In this document: piece after piece, positions 45,799-54,883 of the stretch
Layout of the letters: each line of letters begins with the position of its first letter
Numbering within the stretch: the first letter of the stretch is position 1
DNA from: an uncultured Microbacterium sp.
GTDB lineage: Bacteria; Actinomycetota; Actinomycetes; Actinomycetales; Microbacteriaceae
Length of the DNA stretch: 64,000 nucleotides
Assembly (NCBI GenBank): GCA_964533745.1
Contig: CAZHML010000004.1
Span: 3,514 to 67,513, forward strand
Direction of reading: 5' to 3'
Position numbers and translations under genes: made by a program
Notes under the pieces: model-generated
What the model saw: only the letters and a program-made list of their open reading frames with translations
Database searches by the model: none
What the model was told of the DNA's origin: nothing

Positions 45799-45817
45799 TG
45801 TTTAGTATTGCTAAACA
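45799..45817. promoter_or_regulatory. Palindromic operator TGTTTAG-N5-CTAAACA
   Basis: Perfect 7-5-7 palindrome upstream of the M24 gene; recurs in four other places. Confidence 0.75.
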
Positions 45818-45864
45818 GAAGGTTGTTCTGGAGTGAACAGCAGTTCGGGAGATGCGGAGACGCG

Positions 45865-47247
45865 ATGAAGAGCACCGGCACGACGGGGACCAACGCGGTC
45901 GACTGGGAGGCGCGCGTCGATTTCGACCGCCTGCGCACCGAGCGCCTCGCGCGGCTGAAGGCCGAGCTGGACAGGTCGGACCTGGGCGCTGTGCTCGCCT
46001 TCGACTTCTCGAACATCCGCTACATGACCTCGACCCACATCGGCACCTGGGCCATGGACAAGCTGATCCGCTTCAGCCTGCTCACCCGAAACTCCGACCC
46101 GATCTCCTGGGACTTCGGCTCTGCCGCCAAGCATCACGCGTTCTACAACCCGTGGCTGGATGTCACCACGGCCGAGATGGACGCCGACCCCAACGCGCCG
46201 CATGAGGGTGCCACCCGGCCGCGCCTGGAGAGCGGTGCCCGGGCAGGGATCTCGACGCTGCGCGGCGCCTTCACACCGGATGCCGGCATCGCCCAGGAGG
46301 TCGCACGCAAGATCAAGCGCGAACTGGAGAAGTTCGGCGTGGCCGGCGAGCCGCTCGGGGTGGACGTCATCGAACTACCGATCCTGTTCGCCCTGCGCGA
46401 CCAGGGGATCGACGTCGTCGACGGCCAGCAGGTGTTCATGGAGGCGCGACGGATCAAGACCGGCGACGAGATCCGCCTGCTCACCCAGGCCTGCTCGATG
46501 GTCGATGCCGCCTACGAGGAGCTGTACCGGTTCCTGCGCCCCGGCGTCCGGGAGAACGAAGCCGTGGGCGTGGTCGCCAAGACCCTCTACGACCTTGGCT
46601 CCGAATACGTCGAGGGCGTGAACGCGATCTCCGGCGAGCGCTGCTCGCCGCATCCGCACGTCTTCTCCGACCGCCTCATCCGGCCCGGGGATCCGGCGTT
46701 CTTCGACATCCTGCACAGCTATAACGGCTACCGCACCTGCTACTACCGCACCTTCGCCGTAGGCTCTGCCAGCAGTGCCCAGCGCGACGCCTACACCCGC
46801 GCGCGAGAGTACATGGATCGCGCGATCGCGCTTGTGCGGCCGGGGGCTACCACGGCCGACATCGTCAAGGTCTGGCCCACCGCCCAGGAGTTCGGATTCC
46901 CCGACGAGGAGGCAGCCTTCGCGTTGCAGTACGGGCATGGCGTGGGCCTGTCGATCTGGGAGAAGCCGATCTTCTCGCGGCTCGTATCGCTCGACCACCC
47001 CGAGGTGCTGCAGGAGGGCATGGTCTTCGCACTGGAGACCTATTGGCCATCGGCCGACGGCTGGGGGGCTGCGCGCATCGAGGAGGAGGTCGTCGTCACC
47101 GCCAACGGGTGCGAGGTCATCACCAAGTTCCCCGCCGAGGAGCTGATCGTCGCCGGGCGTCGTTACTACACGATCGACGGCCCGCTGAACCTGCAGCGCG
47201 ACTCGCAGTCGCACCTGAACACCGTGTGGGGCCGGGGCGAGGCGTGA
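45865..47247 (+). CDS. M24 (Xaa-Pro peptidase/creatinase fold) family protein
   Basis: ARRIKT..EI, FFDI, GHGVGL, ALET, ARIEE. Confidence 0.88.
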   Translation: MKSTGTTGTNAVDWEARVDFDRLRTERLARLKAELDRSDLGAVLAFDFSNIRYMTSTHIGTWAMDKLIRFSLLTRNSDPISWDFGSAAKHHAFYNPWLDVTTAEMDADPNAPHEGATRPRLESGARAGISTLRGAFTPDAGIAQEVARKIKRELEKFGVAGEPLGVDVIELPILFALRDQGIDVVDGQQVFMEARRIKTGDEIRLLTQACSMVDAAYEELYRFLRPGVRENEAVGVVAKTLYDLGSEYVEGVNAISGERCSPHPHVFSDRLIRPGDPAFFDILHSYNGYRTCYYRTFAVGSASSAQRDAYTRAREYMDRAIALVRPGATTADIVKVWPTAQEFGFPDEEAAFALQYGHGVGLSIWEKPIFSRLVSLDHPEVLQEGMVFALETYWPSADGWGAARIEEEVVVTANGCEVITKFPAEELIVAGRRYYTIDGPLNLQRDSQSHLNTVWGRGEA

Positions 47248-48161
47248 GTCGGCAGATCGGCTTCATCGGCCTGGGCACCATGGGCTCCGCGATGGCGCGG
47301 CGGCTCGTCGATGCCGGCCATGACCTCCGAGTGTGGAACCGGAGCGCCCCTGCCGTAGAACGGCTCGTGGCCGCGGGGGCGACCGGATGTGCCACGCCCG
47401 AGGAGGCGCTGGAGGCAGAGGTGTCGATCTCGATGCTGGCCGACGATGCGGCGACTGAGGCCGTGCTCACGGATGCCGCCGTCACCCGCGCGCGCGGGAT
47501 CCACATCGGCATGGCATCGCTGAGCCCCGCAGAGAGTGACGTGCTCGAGGCGCGGTTCTCGGCCGTGGGGGTGGGGTATCTCGCCGCCCCCGTGCTCGGC
47601 CGGCCATCTGTCGCCGCGGAGGGCGGGCTCAACATCCTCGCCGCCGGAGCAGAGGACACTGTCGCGCAGGTGCGCCCGATCCTGGAGGCGATGGGCAAGC
47701 GCATCTGGAACCTGGGAGAGCGCCCGCGTGTGGCCAACGTCGCCAAGGTCGTCGTCAACTACAACATCATCCACGCCATCCACGCCATCGGCGAGTCCCT
47801 TGCCCTCACCGAACCGCAGGGCATCGATCCGGAGCAGTTCGTGGAGCTGATGACGAGCACGCTGTTCGGCGGTGTCGTCTACAGCGGATACGGCCGGATG
47901 ATCGTCGCGCAGGGCTACGACCCGCCGGGGTTCGCGATCTCGCTCGGCTACAAGGATCTGCGCCTGGCCGCCGAGGTGGCCGCCGAGAGCGGGGTCTTCG
48001 CCCCGACGATGCCCGCGCTGCAACGCGTCTTCGAACGGGCGCTGGCCGACGACGAGCTCGCCCGGCTCGACTGGGGTGCCGCCGCCGAGGTCACCCGGCG
48101 GGGACTGCTGAATGCCGGCGGCGACGCGGCCGCCAAAGAGACGAAGAAGGAGTCGACATGA
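47244..48161 (+). CDS. NAD(P)-dependent beta-hydroxyacid dehydrogenase family protein
   Basis: GLGTMG, APVLG, AKVVVN, KDLRLA. Confidence 0.9.
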   Translation: MSRQIGFIGLGTMGSAMARRLVDAGHDLRVWNRSAPAVERLVAAGATGCATPEEALEAEVSISMLADDAATEAVLTDAAVTRARGIHIGMASLSPAESDVLEARFSAVGVGYLAAPVLGRPSVAAEGGLNILAAGAEDTVAQVRPILEAMGKRIWNLGERPRVANVAKVVVNYNIIHAIHAIGESLALTEPQGIDPEQFVELMTSTLFGGVVYSGYGRMIVAQGYDPPGFAISLGYKDLRLAAEVAAESGVFAPTMPALQRVFERALADDELARLDWGAAAEVTRRGLLNAGGDAAAKETKKEST

Positions 48162-48865
48162 CCGAGAAGACCTACCTGATTGCCGGTTCCTCATCCGGAA
48201 TCGGCTTGGAGATCGCGCGCGACATCGTCGCGGGAGGCGACCGCGTCATCGTGACGAGCAGGGACGCCGAGCGGGCGCGCGAGGTGGCCGACTCCCTGGG
48301 GGATGCGGCCGAGGGCATCGCCCTGGACGTCTCCGAGCCCGAAGGCATCGCCGCTCAGCTGGCCGGGGTCGGACCGATCCACGGGCTCGTGCTCGCGGCG
48401 ATCGAACGCGACGCCAACACCGCGCGCGACTACGACATCGCCCGTGCCCGACGCCTGGTCACCCTGAAACTCGTCGGCTACACCGAGACGATCCACACCC
48501 TGCTGGACCGTCTGGAGCCCAGCGGCGAGACCGGGATCGTGCTGTTCGGCGGACGGGCCAAGGATGCTCCCTACCCGGGATCCACGACGGTGTCGACGAT
48601 CAACGGCGGCGTGGAGGGCATGGTCACGACTCTGGCGCTGGAGCTCGCGCCGATCCGGGTGAACGCCATCCATCCTGGCATCATCGGCGACAGCCCGTTC
48701 TGGGCGTCCAAGCCCGCCAGCGTGCTCGAGGCCTACAACTCCCGCACGCCGGGCGGGGCGCTGGCCACCATGGCCGATGTCGTGGGCGCGACGCGATTCC
48801 TGCTGAACAACCGCGGGGTCTCGGCGACGAACCTCTACGTCGACCGCGGGTGGCGCATCACCTGA
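48158..48865 (+). CDS. Atypical SDR oxidoreductase
   Basis: AGSSSGIG, IRVNAIHPG, YVDRG; no YxxxK motif. Confidence 0.85.
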   Translation: MTEKTYLIAGSSSGIGLEIARDIVAGGDRVIVTSRDAERAREVADSLGDAAEGIALDVSEPEGIAAQLAGVGPIHGLVLAAIERDANTARDYDIARARRLVTLKLVGYTETIHTLLDRLEPSGETGIVLFGGRAKDAPYPGSTTVSTINGGVEGMVTTLALELAPIRVNAIHPGIIGDSPFWASKPASVLEAYNSRTPGGALATMADVVGATRFLLNNRGVSATNLYVDRGWRIT

Positions 48866-48874
48866 GAACCGGGC

Positions 48875-49576
48875 TCAGGGCCCGTTCTCGCGCGGTGCCG
48901 ATCGCGGTGCCGGCAACGCTTCGTGGATCGTCCCCAGCACATCGACGGCCGAGCGGATGCCACGGGTCTCCTCCGCGGCATCGTCCAGGGGCAGATCAGC
49001 GCCGTTGCGCCCGAGCACGAACCACAGCCCCTTGGCCGGGGCGTCGGTGTCGTTCCGGTACAGGTGCGGTCGCATCGACTCGAAACTGAAGGAGTCTCCG
49101 GCCCGGAGCACGAAACGGTCGAAGTCCAGCAGCATCGTCAGCTCCCCCTCGATGAGGTAGCCGTACTCGAAGCCGGAGTGCCGCATCATGCGGCCCTCGA
49201 CCGAGCTGGAGGCTCCGGGGGCGTAGGTGACGACCAGGGGATCGACGCCGTGCGGGCCGACGGCGGCCAGGCGCTCCCAGATGACGCCATTCTCCATCTC
49301 GATGAGGGGATTGTCCTCGCGACGCTGGACCGGGTTCGGCGCGGCGGCATTCGTCGCGGGCGCCACCGATGGCGTCGTGTTCCCGAGCAGGTCGTCGATG
49401 GAGACGCCGAGATAGGTCACCAGCGAGAACAGTGTGCTCACGGAAGGCAGTACCTTGCCGGTCTCGACCTGAGACAGCAGGCTCGGGGAGATCCCGATGG
49501 CGGTCGCGACCGCTCGCAGACTCTGGTTCTGCTGCTCTCTGGCGGCGCGAAGCTCCCGGCCGAGCTCGTTCTTCAT
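48875..49576 (-). CDS. XRE HTH + cupin transcriptional regulator
   Basis: SLLSQVETG..PSVSTL; HSGFEYGY..GDSFSFES..PH. Confidence 0.92.
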   Translation of the reverse strand: MKNELGRELRAAREQQNQSLRAVATAIGISPSLLSQVETGKVLPSVSTLFSLVTYLGVSIDDLLGNTTPSVAPATNAAAPNPVQRREDNPLIEMENGVIWERLAAVGPHGVDPLVVTYAPGASSSVEGRMMRHSGFEYGYLIEGELTMLLDFDRFVLRAGDSFSFESMRPHLYRNDTDAPAKGLWFVLGRNGADLPLDDAAEETRGIRSAVDVLGTIHEALPAPRSAPRENGP

Positions 49577-49653
49577 GATCTACCTCCCGGGGAGCGAAAC
49601 CATCATAGCGTCACGTGCCGTTCGCGGTCGCATCGTTGATCGCAGACGGGCAG

Positions 49654-50535
49654 TCAGCTGCCCTGCAGGAGGTGGCTGTGGGCGCGCAGCATTTCGGTGA
49701 CGGTCTGCGGATCCCGTCCCGTCAGATCCCGGAAGTGCGTGGTGACCTTGTCGAAGTGACCCTCGCGGGTGGCCTGGCCGATCGAGGCGACAAGAGCGAC
49801 GCCGTACTGGACGTGCCCATCCTGGCTGTCGTCCCCCGACAGGATGCGGGTGAACTCCTCGTCGTCGACGGCGCGCACGGCGACAGCTCGGCCTCCGGCC
49901 TGCGTGTACAGTGCGGCCAGCTCGGCAGCGCTCAGTGCCTCGGGGCCGGTCACTTCGTACAGAGCGCTCTCCTCGCCGCCCGTGATGAGCGCCGCAGCGG
50001 CCGCCGCAGCGCAGTCATCCCGTGAGATGTACGAGCAGCGCCCCTCGCCCCGGTTGTGCACCAGTTCGCCCGAGGCGAGCGCGTCTGCCGCCTCGAACAC
50101 CTGGAAGTCCGAGTACAGACCGCAGCGCAGGATCGTCCAGCCGATGCCGCTGGAGCGCAGGTGCTCTTCGGTGAGCCGGTGACTCTCGGCGATCACGGCC
50201 GGGTTCGAGACGCCGGGGGAGATCATCGAGGTGTAGACGATGTGCGAGACACCCGCCGCCACGGCGGCGTCGATCGCCGCGATGTGCTGGTGCTCGCGAC
50301 CCGAGATGCTGTCGGTGCTGATCAGCAGCAGCCGTGTCACACCATCGAAGGCGCTGCGCAGGCTCTTCGGGTCGTCGAAGTCCGCGTGCCGCACGGGGGA
50401 TAGGCCGGCCTCCTCGGCGAGGGCGTCCGGCGTGCGGGTCGCGAGGACCAGCGCTGCGGGATCATCCAGCATCTGCAAGGCGTGCTGCGCCGCCGCTCGC
50501 CCGAGATGGCCGGCGGCTCCGGTGATGGCGTACAT
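49654..50535 (-). CDS. NmrA-like/QOR2-type NAD(P)H-binding oxidoreductase
   Basis: TGAAGHLG, LLLIS, ISRDDCA, YEVTGPE. Confidence 0.88.
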   Translation of the reverse strand: MYAITGAAGHLGRAAAQHALQMLDDPAALVLATRTPDALAEEAGLSPVRHADFDDPKSLRSAFDGVTRLLLISTDSISGREHQHIAAIDAAVAAGVSHIVYTSMISPGVSNPAVIAESHRLTEEHLRSSGIGWTILRCGLYSDFQVFEAADALASGELVHNRGEGRCSYISRDDCAAAAAAALITGGEESALYEVTGPEALSAAELAALYTQAGGRAVAVRAVDDEEFTRILSGDDSQDGHVQYGVALVASIGQATREGHFDKVTTHFRDLTGRDPQTVTEMLRAHSHLLQGS

Positions 50536-50538
50536 CGT

Positions 50539-50931
50539 CTAGTCGCCCCAGCCGGCCGGCGGCTCGAGCTGCCCCTCGGAGAAATGCCAGTACTCGCGCA
50601 GGGTCTTGACCAGGCCGCTCTCATCGAAGACGAGCAGGAACTCGCCGGCGAGCGTGACATCCATGCCGCCGTTGCGCATCGTCACCCACCACTCGACAGC
50701 GGCGTGATCGCCGCTGACCACGGGGTTTCCGTAGCGCACCTTGACGTCTTCCTGCGTCTCGGTGACTGTCGCCCAGTACTGCCGCACGCCCTCGCGCCCG
50801 GCGAAGGGTTCGGCGTAGGGCTGCTCGCGATAGCTCGCATCCTCGGTGAACAGCGCCGCAGCGGCGTCCGGATCGCGGGTCTCCCAGGCGAGGCGGTAGC
50901 CATCCAGCCATTTTCCTGCATCGATGCTCAT
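50539..50931 (-). CDS. NTF2/SnoaL-like protein
   Basis: AWETRD..LFTEDASY..GREGVRQYW..AVEWW..LREYW. Confidence 0.88.
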   Translation of the reverse strand: MSIDAGKWLDGYRLAWETRDPDAAAALFTEDASYREQPYAEPFAGREGVRQYWATVTETQEDVKVRYGNPVVSGDHAAVEWWVTMRNGGMDVTLAGEFLLVFDESGLVKTLREYWHFSEGQLEPPAGWGD

Positions 50932-50989
50932 GGTCACTGCTCCTTCTCTGTCGTCGGCACCGACCTCAGAGGGCTTCTGCGGCGTCCGA

Positions 50990-51008
50990 AGTTCATTTCG
51001 ACTGTACA
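50990..51008. promoter_or_regulatory. Degenerate copy of the 19-bp operator
   Basis: AGTTCA-TTTCGAC-TGTACA in the divergent intergenic region. Confidence 0.5.
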
Positions 51009-51232
51009 ACAGTGTCAATAGAAACGGAACGAATCGTTCTTCGTCGTGTTCTTTGTCGCGGAACAGATTGCGGGAAAATCCCGGAAAATCAGCAAAATGC
51101 TATCGAAACCCTTCCAGTGTAGATAAACAAAACGGTAACGATGGCTTGAGTTTTTGAACGATCAGCAGCAGAGTGTGTAGTAGCACTGAATGCTCAGTGT
51201 GTACCCAAGCAATGGACTTCGAAGGAGAAACC

Positions 51233-52294
51233 ATGCGGAAGAGCACCTTCCCACGAACCCGACGCCGGGGCCTTACGCTCATCGCGTCGCTCTCCCTGGC
51301 GGCCCTTGCCGTCTCGGGATGCGCGGGCGGCACGGATCCGGCACCGAGCGACCCCGGCCCATCATCTGCGCCCGGAGACAAGACCTATGAGGTCGCCTAT
51401 ATGGCATTCGCCGTGGCCAACAGCTTCCTGGCCCCGATGCTCGCCTCAGCGCAGGCGATCGCGGCCGAGAACAACATCAAGCTGACCGTTTTCGACGCAG
51501 CCAATGACGCACAGGCGCAGTACTCGCAGCTGCAGGACGTCATCACCTCCGGCAAGTACGACGGCATCATCACCCAGCCGATCTTCGGCGTGGGGCTGAT
51601 GGAGCTGGTCGAGGAGGCCATCGGCAAGGGCATCAAGGTCGTCAACATCAACCAGATCCTCGGGCCGGACATGAACACCGCTGAGCCCCAGATCGAGGGG
51701 CTGACCGCGACCGTCGCCACGGCGGCGACCACCATCGGCGGTGCGCTCGGCTCGCAGGCGCGCGCCGCCTGTGAGAGCGAGAACATCAACCCCTGCAACG
51801 TCGGTTACCTGTTCAACATCAAAGTCTCGGCCTTCGACCTGGCTGTGCGCGCGTCCTTCGATGCGGCCATCGCCGAGTCGGCCCTGGATATCAGGATCGT
51901 CGCCGAGGGCGAGGCCTACTTCACCGCCACTGTCGGGCTTGCCGCCGTGCAGGACATGCTGCAGGCTCACTCGGACCTCGACGTGATCGCCGGTGCCGAC
52001 CAGGGCATCCAGGGCGCCACCCAGGCACTGGAGGCCGCAGGCCGCATGGGCGACGTTCTGCTGGTGAGCTTCGGCGGCAGCGCCGTAGGCATCCAGTCCG
52101 TCGCCAACGGCACGTGGTTCTCCACCGTCATGCAGGCCCCGGCGACCGAGGGTCGCCTGGGGATGCAGGCGATGGTCAAGGCGCTGCGCGAAGGCGTCGA
52201 CTCCGGTTGGGTCGACGCGCGCGAGGGCATGCCGAACAACGGCATCGTCACGCGGGACACCGCCAGCCAGTTCACCGCTGAGTGGCCTGGCTAA
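51233..52294 (+). CDS. Sugar ABC substrate-binding lipoprotein (RbsB-like)
   Basis: GAAGGAG RBS; VSGC lipobox; Peripla_BP pattern. Confidence 0.9.
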   Translation: MRKSTFPRTRRRGLTLIASLSLAALAVSGCAGGTDPAPSDPGPSSAPGDKTYEVAYMAFAVANSFLAPMLASAQAIAAENNIKLTVFDAANDAQAQYSQLQDVITSGKYDGIITQPIFGVGLMELVEEAIGKGIKVVNINQILGPDMNTAEPQIEGLTATVATAATTIGGALGSQARAACESENINPCNVGYLFNIKVSAFDLAVRASFDAAIAESALDIRIVAEGEAYFTATVGLAAVQDMLQAHSDLDVIAGADQGIQGATQALEAAGRMGDVLLVSFGGSAVGIQSVANGTWFSTVMQAPATEGRLGMQAMVKALREGVDSGWVDAREGMPNNGIVTRDTASQFTAEWPG

Positions 52295-52298
52295 ACAT

Positions 52299-53849
52299 AT
52301 GACGAGCACGGCTCATCTGGTCGGCCCCCCGACTCCACATGTGGAGCTTCGGGGGGCCGGCAAGAGTTTCGGCGGCACGCCTGTCCTCACCGATATCGCG
52401 CTGACCGTCGCGGAGGGCTCTGTCCACGGTCTCGTCGGCGAGAACGGTGCGGGCAAGTCCACGCTCAGCAAGATCATCTCAGGACTCCTGTCTCCCGACG
52501 CCGGGGAGCTGCTCATCCGCGGCGAACGGGTGGAGCTGGCAAACCCGCGTGAGGCGCTCGCCCACGGGGTCGCCACGATCGCCCAGGAGCTGGCGCTCGT
52601 GCCCTCGCTGACGGTGGCACAGAACGTCTTTCTCGGGACTGAGCCGCGTAGCGCGGGGTTCGTGGACCGCAAGGAGCTGCGCAGGCGCTTCGACGCACTC
52701 GTGGCCGAGACCGGCTTCGAGCTGCGCGCTGACGCCGTCGTCGGGACACTGCGCACCGCCGATCAGCAGAAGGTCGAGATCCTGCGGGCACTGGCCAGCG
52801 GTGCCTCCTTCATCATCATGGACGAGCCCACCGCCGCCCTGCCCGCGCAGGACGTCGAGCGACTGCACGAGATCATCCGCTCCCTGGCGGCCTCGGGCCG
52901 CACGGTGCTGCTGATCTCCCACTTCCTCGGGGAGATCCTCGATCTCTGCGACACCGTGACGATCCTGCGCGACGGGAAGCTCGTGCGCACGGCACCGACG
53001 GCCGAAGAGAGCGAGTCGAGCCTCATCCTCGGGATGCTGGGGCGCACGCTGGGCTCGGTGTTTCCCGACAAGCAGCCCGGTGGCGCAGATGTCGGGGAGG
53101 ATGTGCTCACGGTGCAGGGGCTGACAGCGGCCGGGGTCAAGGACGTCTCCTTCCGGGTACGACCCGGGGAGATCGTCGGTCTTGCAGGCCTGGTGGGGGC
53201 GGGACGCAGCGAGATCGCCCACGCAGTGTTCGGCTCCTCGCGATTGGCATCCGGCACCATCCGGGTCGCGGGACGCGACATCTCACGGCCCACGGTGGCA
53301 CGGATGATGCGCGCCGGCGTGTTCCTCATCCCCGAGTCGCGCAAACAGCAGGGCCTGGTCATGCAGCGCGCAGTGCGGGAGAACGTCACCCTGTCGAATC
53401 TCGCCGAGTTCAGCACGCTCAGCTGGGTGCGAAGGCGCTTGGAGCGCCGCGACGTGCGCAGAGTTCTGGGGGATGTCACCGTGCAGGGTGACGATCGTCG
53501 TCTGATCGCGCAGTTGTCGGGCGGCAACCAGCAGAAGGTGCTCTTCGGTCGCGCGCTGCAGCGCGCACGGCGCATCCTGATCGCCGACGAACCGACCCGA
53601 GGCGTTGACATCGGGGCGCGGCGGGCCATCTACGACCTCATCGTGGAGCAGGCGGCGCGCGGCATCGGGGTCGTGGTGATCTCATCGGATGTCGAAGAGG
53701 TACTGGGTCTTGCGCACCGCGTGCTCGTCGTGCGGACGGGCCGCATCGTCGCAGAGTTGGAAGGAGAGCGTATGACGGAGGAGAACATCCTGGTGGCCGC
53801 GTTCGCGGAACCAGGCACCGGAGAGGCGAAGGCGGGTGAAGGCTCATGA
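52299..53849 (+). CDS. Sugar ABC ATP-binding protein (RbsA-like)
   Basis: GENGAGKS, MDEPT, LSGGNQQK, DEPTRGVD. Confidence 0.93.
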   Translation: MTSTAHLVGPPTPHVELRGAGKSFGGTPVLTDIALTVAEGSVHGLVGENGAGKSTLSKIISGLLSPDAGELLIRGERVELANPREALAHGVATIAQELALVPSLTVAQNVFLGTEPRSAGFVDRKELRRRFDALVAETGFELRADAVVGTLRTADQQKVEILRALASGASFIIMDEPTAALPAQDVERLHEIIRSLAASGRTVLLISHFLGEILDLCDTVTILRDGKLVRTAPTAEESESSLILGMLGRTLGSVFPDKQPGGADVGEDVLTVQGLTAAGVKDVSFRVRPGEIVGLAGLVGAGRSEIAHAVFGSSRLASGTIRVAGRDISRPTVARMMRAGVFLIPESRKQQGLVMQRAVRENVTLSNLAEFSTLSWVRRRLERRDVRRVLGDVTVQGDDRRLIAQLSGGNQQKVLFGRALQRARRILIADEPTRGVDIGARRAIYDLIVEQAARGIGVVVISSDVEEVLGLAHRVLVVRTGRIVAELEGERMTEENILVAAFAEPGTGEAKAGEGS

Positions 53850-54829
53850 GCACGCAGAGCGAGTCCACGGTCGCAGCGTTCGGCGGAGGCTGGCGGGGCA
53901 GACTGCCCTCGCTCCGATCGGTGGCGATCCTGATCCCGTTCCTGGTCCTGTTCATCGCCCTGTCGATCGGGAGTCCGCCCTTCTTCACCTCCGCGAACCT
54001 CCTGAACATCCTCGACCAGCAGTCGGCGACGCTGATCATCGCCGCGGCAGGCACGCTCGTGCTGATCAGCGGCGGGATCGACCTGTCGGTCGGTGCCACC
54101 TATGCGCTGGCCGCGGTGATCTCCGGGACGGTGACGATCTCCTCGGGACCGGTCGCCGGCGCCACGGCGGGGATTCTCGTCGGCGTGATCGTCGGCTTCG
54201 TCAACGGAGTCGTCAGCACGATCCTGAAGATCAACTCGCTGATCGCGACCCTGGCGATGTCTTTCATCGTCGTCGGCGTCGCGAGCCTGGTGACCGGAGG
54301 CAACCTCGTGGTGCTCTTCGATCGCCTCGACTTCGCGGCGATCGCGCGCACGCCCATCTTCGGGATCCGCAGCTCCATCTGGATCATGGTGATCTTCGTG
54401 ATCATCGTGGGAGTGCTGCTGCACCGTACGACAGCCGGGCGCTACATGTACGCCGTCGGCGGCAACGCCGAGGCGGCGCGTCTGGCCGGCATCCGGGTCA
54501 ACGCCATCCGGATCCTCGCCTTCACCGTGTCAGGGACGGCGGCCGCTCTGGGCGGCGTCATCGACACCTCGCGGGTTCTCAGCGCTCAGGCGAGCCCCGG
54601 AACGGCGCTGACCTTCACGGTGCTCGCGGGCATCGTGGTCGGCGGCACGTCGATCATGGGCGGTGAGGGAGCGGTGTGGCGCACGGTCGTGGGTGTGCTG
54701 TTCATCGCGCTGATCGGCAACGGATTCAACCTGCTCGGCATCGATGCACTGTTCCAGCAGATCACGCTCGGCGCGATCCTGCTGCTCGCGGTGGGCATCG
54801 ACGCCTGGTCCCGACATCTGAGACGCTGA
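53846..54829 (+). CDS. Sugar ABC permease (RbsC-like)
   Basis: GGIDLSVG, AVGGN..AARLAGI, VVGGTS..GG.G. Confidence 0.93.
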   Translation: MSTQSESTVAAFGGGWRGRLPSLRSVAILIPFLVLFIALSIGSPPFFTSANLLNILDQQSATLIIAAAGTLVLISGGIDLSVGATYALAAVISGTVTISSGPVAGATAGILVGVIVGFVNGVVSTILKINSLIATLAMSFIVVGVASLVTGGNLVVLFDRLDFAAIARTPIFGIRSSIWIMVIFVIIVGVLLHRTTAGRYMYAVGGNAEAARLAGIRVNAIRILAFTVSGTAAALGGVIDTSRVLSAQASPGTALTFTVLAGIVVGGTSIMGGEGAVWRTVVGVLFIALIGNGFNLLGIDALFQQITLGAILLLAVGIDAWSRHLRR

Positions 54830-54832
54830 GTG

Positions 54833-54876
54833 CACGAGAGGGGGGGCCTGCGCGATGCGCAGGCCCCCCTCTCGTG
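54833..54876. terminator. Long hairpin between convergent genes
   Basis: CACGAGA-G7-CCTGCGC-GAT-GCGCAGG-C6-TCTCGTG. Confidence 0.8.
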
Positions 54877-54883
54877 TCCCGGC

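Noticed and set aside
47244-48161. Imine reductase
   Set aside because: It retains the catalytic Lys (AKVVVN) of beta-hydroxyacid dehydrogenases rather than the Asp or Tyr typical of imine reductases.
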